Assembly (NCBI GenBank): GCA_040954595.2
Contig: CM082596.2
Location: 9,692,461 to 9,756,460, forward strand
Origin: Balanoglossus misakiensis
Taxonomy: Eukaryota > Animalia > Hemichordata
Direction of reading: 5' to 3'
Length of the DNA stretch: 64,000 bases
A program made the position numbers and the translations under genes. The stretch's first letter is position 1, and every line of letters starts with the position of its first letter. Below the pieces are notes generated by a model. That model saw only the letters and a program-made list of their open reading frames with translations, was not told the origin of the DNA and searched no databases. Of this stretch, positions 1 through 12,000 are shown one piece after another.

Positions 1-924
1 ATCATGGAATACTACATAATGAAGATGTAAGAAAGGTTTGGGCAATTGTAGCTACATGCAAGCCGAAAATATTGCCCGTAACACTTGAAATGATGCGCGG
101 GTTTGTTTACATTGGAAACGGTGTACATGTGACCGAGAATGCTTATAGCGATGACGCATCAATCTCGCGAGATGATTGGGATTACGCGTGATCAATACAA
201 TACGGACATCGCAGGGCTCTGGTCACTTTCTTACGGTCGATCAGCAAACATGCCATTTCGACATTTGATGTCAGACCATTTTGGATTTGATCTGGTTCCA
301 TCGACTGATTTCATCCTATATATTTATCTTCCCGGAATTTCGCCAAATTAGGGAAGATGTCATTTTCAAGTAGGCAGTACCGCACGCGGTTCCCCCGACC
401 TCGCATTCGCATAGTATACCTCCTCTCATGTTATATGACGTGAATATTCATGAGCAACTCATTACCGGGGTCGTTCACACCTTGAACTAGTGCCATTATA
501 TTGTCTAAAGAGCCCTGTAGTTCAACAGTAACCCTGCGGTAGCAAATGGCCAGAACGGCTCCAATAATTGAGAGTGAAAAAATCACGAGAATATGGTCTT
601 ATTTTTCCCCTTTTGCGCGACCAAGTAAGAGATCATGTTAGTTATTTATAGAAGCAGGCAATCGCGCACTCAAGTGTCCCATACTGACCACAGAAGGTCA
701 TGCCCTCGCTAAAAGCAGAGATGTAGAAAATAGTCGGAAGCCAGAAAAATAGCCGGCTGTATAGCAAAAAATTTCCGCCTGTAAACAGAGGAAAATCGCT
801 AGCCTGTTTTTTTTTTATGTAAAATCTTTTCATTTTCGCCGGCTTGGGTGTACGCGTACAAGAGAATCAATTTTCACAGTTTATGACCTTACGACCTGTA
901 AACGATTGCCTGCAAACGATACTG

Positions 925-2113
925 ATCACGATGTGTACTCCAAAAAGTCCAAATTTTTCGCACTATTTGCAGCATAACTCCAATGATCTTATTTGCACTG
1001 CTGCGTTGCAAATAAGAGTTCCCTGCACCGCAGCGGTGCGAATAAGAGTTCCCTGCCCCGCAACGATCTGACAGTTCTTTATTCACTCGTCGGCGACAAA
1101 AACGTTTTATTACGACATAAATAACGAATTTTTCGCTCCATGGTTGGTCATGCGGACAGAAACACACGGTTTTTGGTGAGTTTATCTTTCTCTCTTCTGA
1201 GCACTCCGTATTCAGACTTACCAAAGCGAACCGCGACAAAAAATGGCCAAGTTTCCCTGCATGTTTCTTATACCCTACAGATAAAAAATGCAGCGTAGAT
1301 ATTGAAATGAATTGGCTTTATGAAAATGCTAAAAATGACACTGATAATGTCGTTAAACATTATCACAAAAAAGTGGTCTCGAACCAACATCAGTTGACAC
1401 CTTCAGGTAAAAGGGTAGCCTTCCTGAACCCTTCGCCATCACGATGTGTACTCGAAAAAGTCGGAAATTTTTCGCACTATTTTGCAGCATAACTCCAATG
1501 ATCTTATTTGCACCGCAGCGGTGCAAATGAGAGTTCCCTGCACCGCAGCAGTGCAAATAATAGTTCCCTGCACCGCAGTGGTGCGAATAACAGTTCCCTG
1601 CACCGCAGTGGTGCGAATAACAGTTCCCTGAACAGCAACGATCTGTCCGTTCTTTATTCCCTCCTAGGCGACAAAAACGTTTTATTACGGCCTAAATAAC
1701 GACTTTTTCGCTCCTTGGTTGGTCATGCGGACGGAAAGACACGGTTTTAGCGAGTTTATCTTTCTCTCTGCTGAGCACTCCGTATTCACACTTGCCCAAG
1801 TGAACCGCGACAAAAAATGACCAAGTTTCCCTGCATGTTTCTTATGCCCGACAGATAAAAAACGCAGCGTAGATATTGAAATGAATTGGCTTTATGAAAA
1901 TGCTAAAAATTACACTGATAATGTCGTTAAAAATTCTCACGAAAAAAAAAATAGAAAAAGAAGTGGTCTCGAATCAACATCAGTTGACACCTTCTGGTAA
2001 AAGGCTAGCTTTTCTGAACCATTCGCCATCACGATGTGTACTCGAAAAAGTCGGAAATTTTCGCACTATATTGCAGCATAACTCAAATGATCTTATTTGC
2101 ACCGCAGCGGTGC
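925..2113. repeat. ~500-bp tandem satellite, array segment 1
   Basis: Marker 'atcacgatgtgtactc' recurs at ~926, 1438, 2028. Units differ by the copy number of a 31-bp subrepeat tgcaccgcagcggtgcaaataagagttccc. Confidence 0.9.
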
Positions 2114-2833
2114 TGTTACGATATATAAAAATAGGAAAATTAAGAATTTCGCTCATAATAAAGAATTGTAATTTCTATGATTAATTTCCAATTAGATTAG
2201 TAACTCTGTGTACAGAGGTCAATAACTCCATGTATAGAGGTCAAATACTTTTAGGTAAGACATTAATTAATAGCCACAACATTTAATTACCTTGGAGATA
2301 TCGAGTACCTTACAAATAATGAGACCTGGGAATTTCAATCAACGAATGAGTTTTAATTACATATTTTACGTAATGTACCTCTATATTATTAAAATACGAG
2401 GGAGGAGATGTTTGCATACGATGGTTGCTAGTCCTTGTATTCGATCACCTTCAGTTGGTCGTGATCTTGACAGAGATAATTTCTTCTTTGAGAACCGACA
2501 GCCAATCCGAAGGATATTTCAGTGTGTAATAATTTTGTAATTGGACGATCAAGAATATGCCGATGTGTTGTAAAGTTGTTATTGGACAATGAGAATCACA
2601 CTATGATGAATCTTTGATTTCTCTTCTTTCTCAAAGACATATAAACTCTGTAATTTCTTGCTTTTGGGTAGAACAACCATCTTGCAGACAACCGTGTGTT
2701 GTAAAGCCTTTGCACCAGAAATAAAGCATTCTGACTCCCACTACTTCCAGTCTCAACGAGTCTCTACTTTGGTAGATCCTGTACACCTCTTTGCTACTGC
2801 AAAGTTAGAGTACCATCTGGACCAGCCGTAACA
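2114..2833 (+). repeat. 5' LTR (720 bp)
   Basis: tgttacg...cgtaaca, ~99% identical to 12529-13248 by eye; TATA-like catataaa ~2638, AATAAA ~2720, CCAAT/ATTGG boxes. Confidence 0.95.
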
Positions 2834-3175
2834 GTGCAAATAAGAGTTCCCTGCAACGCAGCGGTGTAAATAAGATTTCTCTGCACCGCAGCGATCTGAT
2901 CGTTCTTTATTCACTCCTCGGCGATAAAAACGTTTTATTACGGCCTAAAAACGCAGCGTAGATATTGAAATAAATTGGATATATGAAAATAATAAAAATT
3001 ACAATGATAATGTCGTTAAAAGTTCTCACGAAAAAAAGAAATAAAAGAGTGGTCTCGAACCAACATCAGTTAACACCTTCAGGTAAAAGGTTAGCCTTTG
3101 TGAATCATTCGCCATCATGATGTGTACTCGAAAAAGGCGGAAATTTTCCGCACTATATTGCAGCATAACTCCAAT
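2834..3175. repeat. Satellite segment duplicated from the element's right flank
   Basis: Near-identical to 13249-13590, including the same internal deletion relative to other satellite units. Confidence 0.88.
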
Positions 3176-3354
3176 TTCTTGCTTTTGGGTAGAACAACCA
3201 TCTTGCAGACAACCGTGTGTTGTAAAGCCTTTGCACCAGAAATAAAGCATTCTGACTCCCACTACATCCAGTCTCAACGAGTCTCTACTTTGGTAGATCC
3301 TGTACACCTCTTTGCTACTGCAAAGTTGGAGTACCATCTGGACCAGCCGTAACA
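3173..3354 (+). repeat. Partial LTR (3' 182 bp) directly upstream of the PBS
   Basis: Matches 2652-2833 except two substitutions (ctacAtcc, aagttGgag); ends cgtaaca. Confidence 0.93.
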
Positions 3355-3356
3355 TT

Positions 3357-3374
3357 TGGTGGAGAAGTCCGACG
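3357..3374 (+). promoter_or_regulatory. Primer-binding site (TGG-, probably tRNA-Ala-like)
   Basis: tggtggagaag starts 2 nt after the LTR end; TGG complements tRNA CCA. The tRNA identity is an inference. Confidence 0.7.
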
Positions 3375-3431
3375 GGTATCGAAGCAAACTCGTTGATGAC
3401 AACACGTAGTGGGACGAGATACAGCATCAGA

Positions 3432-4460
3432 ATGGCAGATAACCAACTTCCACTACCACTAGAGGCAGAAGTGAAAGCAGAGGCAGAGCCACAACAACCG
3501 GCTCCTGAACAAGCGGCAGAAGTACAAGGTGCTGAATGGCAGGGCATCTTACAAGCCCAGCTGGCTGAAATCCGTTTGGCTTGTACTGATAGCTCAGACG
3601 GTTTATCACCAGCAACCTTCAGAGGTCGTGAAGACGAAAACGTACATCAGTGGTGGCAAAGATACCTAGACTTTGCCAACTTCAGGGGCTGGGCGGACGA
3701 CAAGAAACGAAGCGGCATTGGTCTATACCTTGCCGGAGAGGCCGAACGATGGTTCCGGAGCCAGCCTGACGAGGTGAAGAACGACCTCGAGACCATCGGA
3801 ACTAAGCTGCGTGAACGCTTTGGTAAGTATGGCCCTATGTGGCTGTACGACCAACAGCTATACAAGCTTAGACAGCAGCCCCGCCAGTCGATCTAGCAAT
3901 ATGCAGCTTTGCTCAAAGATAAAACCGACAAGGCGCAAAAATCCGACAGGGAGCTCCTGTCTTTCTTCATGAACGGCCTGAGACCTAAAATACAGGCCTT
4001 CGTGGCGGGACGGACTCCGAAGGATTTTGCGTCGGCGTATCTACACGCCAAAACAGCTGAAGTTGTCACCAAGCTCCCCTCAGACGAGGATGAACCCACC
4101 CCCGGCGTCCGAGCGATCATCGGCCACCTGAACACTTTATCTGAAGAGATCAAGACCCTTCAGAGCAGAGCAGACCAGAAACCGCAACATCCAGGGGACC
4201 GACGTTCAGAACAGAGGCGACCACCTGCCGACTACGCAAGACGACCACCTGCCAACTACGCAAGACGACCACCTGCTACCTATGGAGGACGAGCAATACG
4301 AAATGCTCAGGTAGAATGCTTTAATTGTCGTCAAATAGGTCATAGTGCTCCCAATTGTCCTAGTAACTCCCGCAGATATTTTGATACTCGAATTTGTTAT
4401 TCTTGTAAACAACCTGGGCATATCGCACGAAATTGTCGACTTGCTCATTTAAACAATTAA
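3432..4460 (+). pseudogene. gag: Gag with two CCHC zinc knuckles, one in-frame TAG at 3894-3896
   Basis: ORFs 3312..3896 and 3909..4460 share a frame. Capsid-like PATFRG...YLAGEAERWF...LRQ; CFNCRQIGHSAPNC and CYSCKQPGHIARNC. Confidence 0.92.
4215..4286 (+). repeat. 24-bp coding tandem repeat (RRPPAxYA x3) in gag
   Basis: cgaccacctgcc/gct unit repeated three times. Confidence 0.8.
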
Positions 4461-7400
4461 GGCCCACTTGGGATATTTGTTCCGCTGAGTCACCCAGTGA
4501 ACGGCCGCAATTTGGATTTAATCAGACTCGTAAGGGAGCGCAGGACATAAGGGGCACTAGTGGTCAATCTGATGAAACCCCTATTCTTAGTGATAATAAG
4601 ATTATTGTTTCCATTTGTTCAAGAGATGTACATTCTTTAATTGATACCGGAGCAAACATAACTGTCGCACCAATCCGACTGTTGAAAATGGTTCCTGAAC
4701 TGAGCAAATATCAAATTTATAAATCTCGTTATCATTCTGTTCAAACTGCTGATGCAAGTAAACTAAATGTGATGGGATTTATGAAAATACCTGCTCAAGT
4801 TGGGAATCAAACGGTAATTTTATACGTTAACCTTGTCGACACTCTCAGCCATGATTTAATTTTGGGTGTTGATTTTATGCGACGTTATGGTGCTCTTGTT
4901 AATTTCCAAACAAATAGTATAAATTTAAAATCAAAGGTATCTGTCAGGGCTAGTAATAATGTTTTAATTCCTCCAAATAGCGAAGCAATATTTACAACTA
5001 AAGTGTCTTCTAAATTTCGAAATGGTATTCTAGGTTGTGTTAACGATAAGAGGTCTAAATTACCTCCTGGTGTTCTAATGGCGAGAAGTTTGGCATATTC
5101 CGACAAGAAATTTATTCCTGTGCGTGTTGTTAATACTTTAGAATCTGAAGTTTGTATAAAGAAAAATACTGTTGTCGGAATGTTCTCGCCCTTGCCTGTT
5201 CAAAGTCATATCATTCCTTTAGATAAGCCTAATGTTAGCACAGTATCGTCAAGTGTTAAACAGACCAATACAAATTACTTGTTGACTCAATTGCGATTAG
5301 ACAACTTAGATGTAAATAATGAAGAGAGGGAACAACTTAAACAGGTGTTGCTCAGAAACTCTGATGCTTTTGTTGATTCTACTGGCAAATTAGGTCATTG
5401 TGATATAATCAAGCATACAATCCCACTTGAGGAAGGGGCCGTACCATTTAGACGTCCACCGTACAGAGTAACGCCGGAGAAAAGGCGAGAATTAGAATCA
5501 CAAGTTGACAAATTATTAGCGCAGGGTATAATTGAACCATCTACCTCTCCATACGCGAGTCCAGTTGTTTTAGTTCGCAAACCCGACGGATCGTGGCTAT
5601 TTTGTACTGATTTTCGACAATTGAACTAAATTACCGTGCCTGACTCTTTTCCCTTGCCGCGAACAGACGAATCACTTGAAATGTTAGGGAGAAGCAAGCC
5701 GCAGTATTTTTCCACTTTAGATTTACAGTCTGGATTTTTTCAGTTAGATTTAGACGAAGAGAGTAGACCTAAGACAGCTTTTGTAACTCATCAAGGGTTA
5801 TACCAATATCGTCGCCTAGCTCAAGGATTACGCAACAGTGCTAGTTGTTTTCAACGCACCATGCAATTTGTTTTGCGCAATATTATGTGGCAATATGTAC
5901 TTTGTTATATCGACGACATAATAGTTTTCAGTAGCACATTCGAAGAGCATTTGCAACATCTTGACACAGTTTTGACTAGATTACGCGACGCCGGACTTAA
6001 GTTAAAACCCGGCAAATGTCAATTAATGAGAAAGAGCGTTAAATTTCTAGGTCATATTATAGACCGAGACGGAATCGCTGTTGACGAGAGCAAAGTGACC
6101 GCTGTCAAGAATTATCCCCGCCCTCACACTGTCACGCAACTTAAGTCATTTCTAGGTTTAGCTAATTACTATCGGAAATTCATTAAGAATTTCTCCATTA
6201 TCGCCAGGCCATTGCATAAGTTGTTGGGTAAGGATGAAAAATTCCTTTGGAATGAAAGGTGCGAAGCTGCATTTCAACAGTTGAAACAGGTTTTATGCGA
6301 AGCACCGATATTGGGGTATCCTGATTCCAGTAAAGATTTCATTGTTTATACGGATTGTTCCACTCATGCACTTGGTTTTTTATTGGCACAACAACAGGAT
6401 GGTATTGAACGAGTTATTTTGTATGGCGGGAGAAGTTTAAATTGTCATGAACGAAATTATACAGTAACTGAAATGGAAGCATTGGCGGTAGTCCATGCCA
6501 TTCGTTATTGTGATCCATACATTCGTAATAATCATATCACCATAGTAACGGACCATTCCAACTTAACATACATGTTCAAACAGAAAATACCTAAAGGCCG
6601 TATTGGACGTTGGATCATGACCATGCAACATTATGACTATGAAATTATTTACAGACCTGGTAGGAAACATATGAATGCTGACGGGTTGTCAAGGCGACCT
6701 TATCCCCAGTGTGAAGGGTACAAGTCTGATGTAACTGACTTAGAGCAGGCACCCGAGATAAACTACAAACCTAATAGCCAAATCGTAATGTTAGATAAGT
6801 CTGTAAATACTGAGCCATCACATCCGCTTGGTGTAAATAATGTTGAGATAAGGCATCGACCGGAACCTGAGGTTAATGATTCTCCTAATACTGAGGCCAC
6901 CTCAGGGTACGGGACTTTAACTCGTAGCTCCGATAATTCCTCTCAGTCACAAATCGAGGATACATTTGATGAAGAGGTTCAATCACAAATGAAGGGAGAG
7001 CAAAGAAAGGATAGTTATCTAAATAAATTTCTTAATTATTTGGAGAATGATGAATTGCCTACTGATCTCAAGCTAGCTCGTAAATTCGTTAATATGGCTC
7101 AAAATTATGACATTGTTGACGGGGTTTTGTATCATTTTTGGAAACCCACGGGGAAATCAACTGATAAGCTTGACTGTGTTAGGCAGGTCGTAATACCTAA
7201 ATCTTTACGAAATTATGTCTTAAGGGGGGCTCACGATTGTGTTTTGGGGGGACATTTAGGGTATACCAAGACGTTAGGAGTTCTGAGGCAGAGATATTTT
7301 TGGGAACGAATGCCTCGGGACGTTAACATGTACGTTAAGACGTGCGCACATTGCCACACAAGAAAACGAGCCACACCCCCAACACACGCCAAGTTGTTAC

Positions 7401-8689
7401 CTATTCCAGTTTCAGGACCCTGGGACCGATTGGGTATGGATATTGTGGGACCACTCCTTAGAACTTATGATGGTCATAAGTACATTCTAGTACTCACTGA
7501 CTACTTTTCTAAAATCCCACTAGCGTATCCATTACGAAATGCACGAGCTGAGACAGTTGCTAAGGTCTTGTTTGATGAAGTCATCGCTACTTATGGCAGT
7601 CCAAGAGTTTTGATGAGTGATCAGGGATCAAATTTTTTGTCTCAAGTTGTTCAAGAAACTTGTAAATTCTTCAACATTCAAAGGAAAGTTTCCACCCCTT
7701 ATCGTCCACAAATTAATGGCCTTACAGAGCGTTTTAATGGTTGCTTAGTCGACATGCTATCCATGTTTGTCGATAGTAAACAGAAAGATTCGGATCGGTG
7801 CCTAAGTTCAGTGCTTTTCGCTTATAGAGTTAGCCCTCAAGAGTCCAGTGGGTTCAGCCCGTATTATCTGTTATACGGTCGGCATCCCACATTGCCCATG
7901 GATGTTGAATTCCAACCAGTGGAGGGTAGGACAAGAAATATAGATACACACCTTAAACACTTAGCCACAAAAAGGGATATAGCTCATCGATACGCCAAAC
8001 AAAACATAGATAGATATCAGCAGAATATGAAAGACCGCTATGATCAAAATATCCAGCGGTCACAGACTCTTAAAGTAGGGGATCCTGTTTATTTATATAC
8101 ACCCGCTGTTAAGCCTGGGGTTAATAAGAAGTTTGTACATAAATGGACGGGTCCGTATGTAATTTCAGAAGCAGTTTCCCCATGTAATTATAAATTGAGA
8201 CACTTAAATAGCAATAAGAATTATCGCAAGGTCATTCATGCTAATAGGCTTAAACGAGCTTATCTCAGGCCATCAGAGTTTAACTCTTCATTTTCATCAT
8301 CAGAATCAGAAGAGGAGAATGAACCATTGCCACTCTCGCATACCAACAACCCTCACTTATCTGGTAATGAAATTTCTTCTAGGGTTGAGCAATCAGACAT
8401 TAATTCACATACACAGAATGATTCACGTCATTCTTCAGATACGGAATCGGACGATTCCAATTAGCAAGCTAGCGATACTTCGTCTGACTCTTATTACGAA
8501 GTTGAAAGAGTCTTAAAAGGACGTTATAGAAATGGGAAGTTACAGTATTTAATAAAGTGGAAGGGGTATTCAAATAGGAATAATACCTGGGAAGACGAAG
8601 AAAACTTAAATGAGGTTGTTAGAAAAGGATTGCAGAAAAATCCTGTGAAGATAACGGGGAAGCCGATAATAGCGTCTTTCAACATTTAA
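4433..8689 (+). pseudogene. pol: Pol polyprotein: protease, RT, RNase H, integrase, C-terminal chromodomain; in-frame stops at 5627-5629 and 8462-8464
   Basis: IDTGA protease; LDLQSGFFQ and YIDDI RT; TDCS/TDH/NADGLSR RNase H; HHCC and D,D35E integrase, GPY. After the TAG the frame continues YYEVERVL...[21 protein letters not shown] (chromodomain) to TAA 8687-8689. Confidence 0.95.
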
Positions 8690-9033
8690 TGAAAAGTTAG
8701 CGCCGTATTTCAGCAGGACCTTGAACCTAGTCACTGGAGTGTTTGTTGTAGTATGATAGTACGCGTACGAGGGGGCCTCCGTGTGTTAGAGTGTGTATTA
8801 GAGGTGACATAGTTTCTTGACCTGTTGTTTACGTACCTAAAGAATTTCATTCATGAGAACTTGATTATGTAACCAAGTATGCCATTGATACAAGTTAATC
8901 ACTTCATGCGTGGCTATACACACTTGAAGCTGTCCATACTTTATTATTTTTATTCTTTGCTTTGCTTTTCCTTTCTTTATTTTATTGTTTTTCCTAGTTT
9001 CCCTACATTTTCTTTTGCATTCGTTACTTTTAG

Positions 9034-12000
9034 GCTTTGGTGCATGCCCTGATCTTCGTAGCATGTTTCACCTGCCTATTTCAAGTCGCCAGTAGTGTGA
9101 ATCCAGACTTGGTCGTTCGGCAGAATTTTGGAGTCATCTTTGAGCCTGTCGCTTTGGTTGAAGTTGCTCATTCCCACTGGCACGTTACCTTCTCGGTACC
9201 AAGGTTAAACTTTTCTGGTATAGACGATCTCATTACTTCCATGCCTGATGAATATCCCTGTGCAGGACCTACTCTACCTCGATCTTGCTCAATACACGAT
9301 AGGTCTCTGGAGGCCTATCAGAAAGAAACTGTCCAATTGCTCAGGGATGCTCATCGGGTTAGACGTGAAATTAATGATGTATTAGGGACAGATGATTTTG
9401 AGGATAATCAAAGTTCCCGTTCTAAGAGAGAGGCTTTTATACCAATTATTGGCAAATTATCTAAGTCCTTATTTGGGACAGCCACGTCAAAAGATGTCGA
9501 GATTTTGGCCCAGCACGTACAGCAAGCAGAAACAACTGCCAATAAGAACAAACGGTTTATTTTGAATTTTGAAAAGGGATTAAATACCGTTGTTCAACTT
9601 ACTAATAATAGGATTGATAACTTATGGCAATCTTTTAGTGAGACTCATAGTACAGTAATGGCCTTGACGTTAACTGTAGAATCATTGAGGGATTATATTA
9701 ATATGGGGGCTGAGGACCAAGTAATAATAGCAGACGAGATTAACTTAATACATGATGTATTACACACGTATATTGAATTAAACCGTAGGACCACATACTT
9801 GTTGAGGTTATTATTTCTAGCCGAGGGAAGGTTAGCTGCCTTAAAAACGTTAGTATTGGGTCATTTGCCTCCTGAGTTGGTCAGCACATCGGACATCCGA
9901 CAAGCACTTCAATCCATCACTAAAGTTCTCGATCGCAAATATCCTCACTTTCATATAGCTCATCAACATCCTAAATATTATTATGAACAAGGTCAAATAA
10001 TGTTTCACCACACAAATGCCAATTTATACATCAAGTTGACCGTTCCATTAACCAAGATGGACACCATTCACCAACTGTATAGGGTTTTGTCCTTTCCGGT
10101 TCATCTCCCTGATTCCTTTGGTTCCCGACAGCCAGATTCTGTGTTTGATAATGGAGTCACTGAGATCCAAGAATTACCTTCATATTTTGGTGTGGCAACT
10201 GACGGATCCATTTACTTTGAATTGACAAGTGATCAATTTTCATGTTGTACTGGTGGTAAGGTGAAGCGGTGCATTACACCTTTTCAAGTCTATAAAAAGG
10301 AATTTGATCATTGTAGTTGGCATCTGTTTCAAGACAATGTGACTGGTATAGACGCACATTGTCAAACATCATTGACTCTTCTTCCGGAAAAGACATCACG
10401 TGTTATTCAACTCACTGAATCTAAGGCTTTGATTGACGGTTCCACTTATGATTGGAAATTCCATTGTAATAATCAATCCATAGTTCCTCTGCGAAAATGC
10501 AACTTTTGCATTGTTGACGTTCCTTGTGATTGCAAATTACATTCCGCTGATTTATATTTACCTGCTGTAATTACAACTTGTCAGCCGAACTCTTCTATTT
10601 CGGTGGTTCATGCAGCCAATATTGTCTATCTTAACTCTTTCTATCCTATGAAAGCCCTTGGTAACTTCTCTGGTATTTCTACTTTTAATAAGCCTTGGAT
10701 CACACAACTTCCTAATGCATTGGTATTGCAACAACAATCGTTCTCTAATGGTCGACAAGAATATTAAGGTTGACTTAAAAAGGGCAGCTCAAGTTATCAA
10801 AGACCATGAACAAGCGTTCATTAGCCCTATAGATGAGGCTGCCTTCTCTTATGATTGGACAGACATATTAACCAATTCCTTTTCTATGAAACTTGCAATT
10901 CCTGCAGTTGTTGTTATAGGACTATCTTTACTATTCCAGATCTATCTCTTTCTCCGCATACGAAAGTTGGCACTTGCTGTAATGATATTGAAAGTACCCA
11001 AAGTGGTTCATGCTGCCACCCCACCACAATTTCTCTATTGGGACACAACCAACATGCCTGTCACAGATTGGATTACTCCGTTTGACTTCGCCTCACACCT
11101 TTCTGTTGACTTGCAGACGCTTCGAACTGTTATTCTCGCTATTGTTGTCCTCGTCATCACATACAAAGTGTTGAAGTTGGCTCTCATACAAGGTCGTAAA
11201 TACCTTTTCGGGCATTTTGTGAAGAACTCATTCATCTGTCGCAATTCTCCTAAGGCCAACATTTACTTAGAATTGGCATCCACCACAGACACCATTTTAC
11301 TTTTCATTGACACCATCCGCTACTCTCCATGTTCGGTTCGAACGCCACCACTCACATCGGATAGTTTGACTATCTCGGAGAAATCATTGTTGTCAAATTA
11401 TTTGCGGATATCATGGTCTCCACTGCAGGTTATTCAGTGTGACGGTGCTAGTCCTTTGATCACCAATGATTTGGAATTGAAAAGTAAAATACGTCTCCCA
11501 TACTTCACTTATCGCCAACTAAGGTCGCTTCCATTACCCTCCCTTCGTCTACGCCTCTTAGCGGGTTATTCTCAACATTCCATCTACTCTGAGATTAAAA
11601 TCATTGATTCTCAAACCCCTACTTCTAGGTTGCAGACTGTTCACCTAGAATTACTTGAAATAAGTCGAGAAATTGCCCATCTCCGACGAGCTTTCGGCAT
11701 TTTGCCACCAGCTTGTCACTCAGTTTCTGACCTAGAGAGTGATGTTACACCTTTCCACTACGGACACGACGACGAACCCAACATCCATAGACAGCGACGG
11801 AAAATCCAACGTCGCATCCCCAAACATCTAAAATACCCTGAAGAGGTACTTGACAAACCACGATACCGCAATGTATCAACTGACGATACAGACGACGACA
11901 AAGACGGTCACTCTTATCGGAATAGAACAACCCACAAGGCTCAAATAGGTATAGTCAAAATAGAATCGGAAGTCCAACCTACGAAAGGTTATAGAAATTT

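Noticed and set aside
1-920. Possible promoter or transposon end at the window start
   Set aside because: CpG-richer sequence, but no partner repeat, credible ORF or RNA gene could be supported.
1505-1635. CRISPR-like 31-bp palindromic repeats
   Set aside because: Head-to-tail with no spacers; a subrepeat of the satellite.
844-2184. Short ORFs in the satellite (also 23943-25406)
   Set aside because: They recur only because the DNA is repeated; frames and stops vary between units and no domain motifs are present.
2834-3354. Pure assembly artefact for the LTR/flank duplication
   Set aside because: The duplicated segments carry several substitutions and a microhomology junction. Not fully excluded without reads.
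5627-5629. Programmed readthrough at the TAA in RT
   Set aside because: It falls in the conserved DFRxLNK motif where AAA is expected; a simple nonsense mutation.
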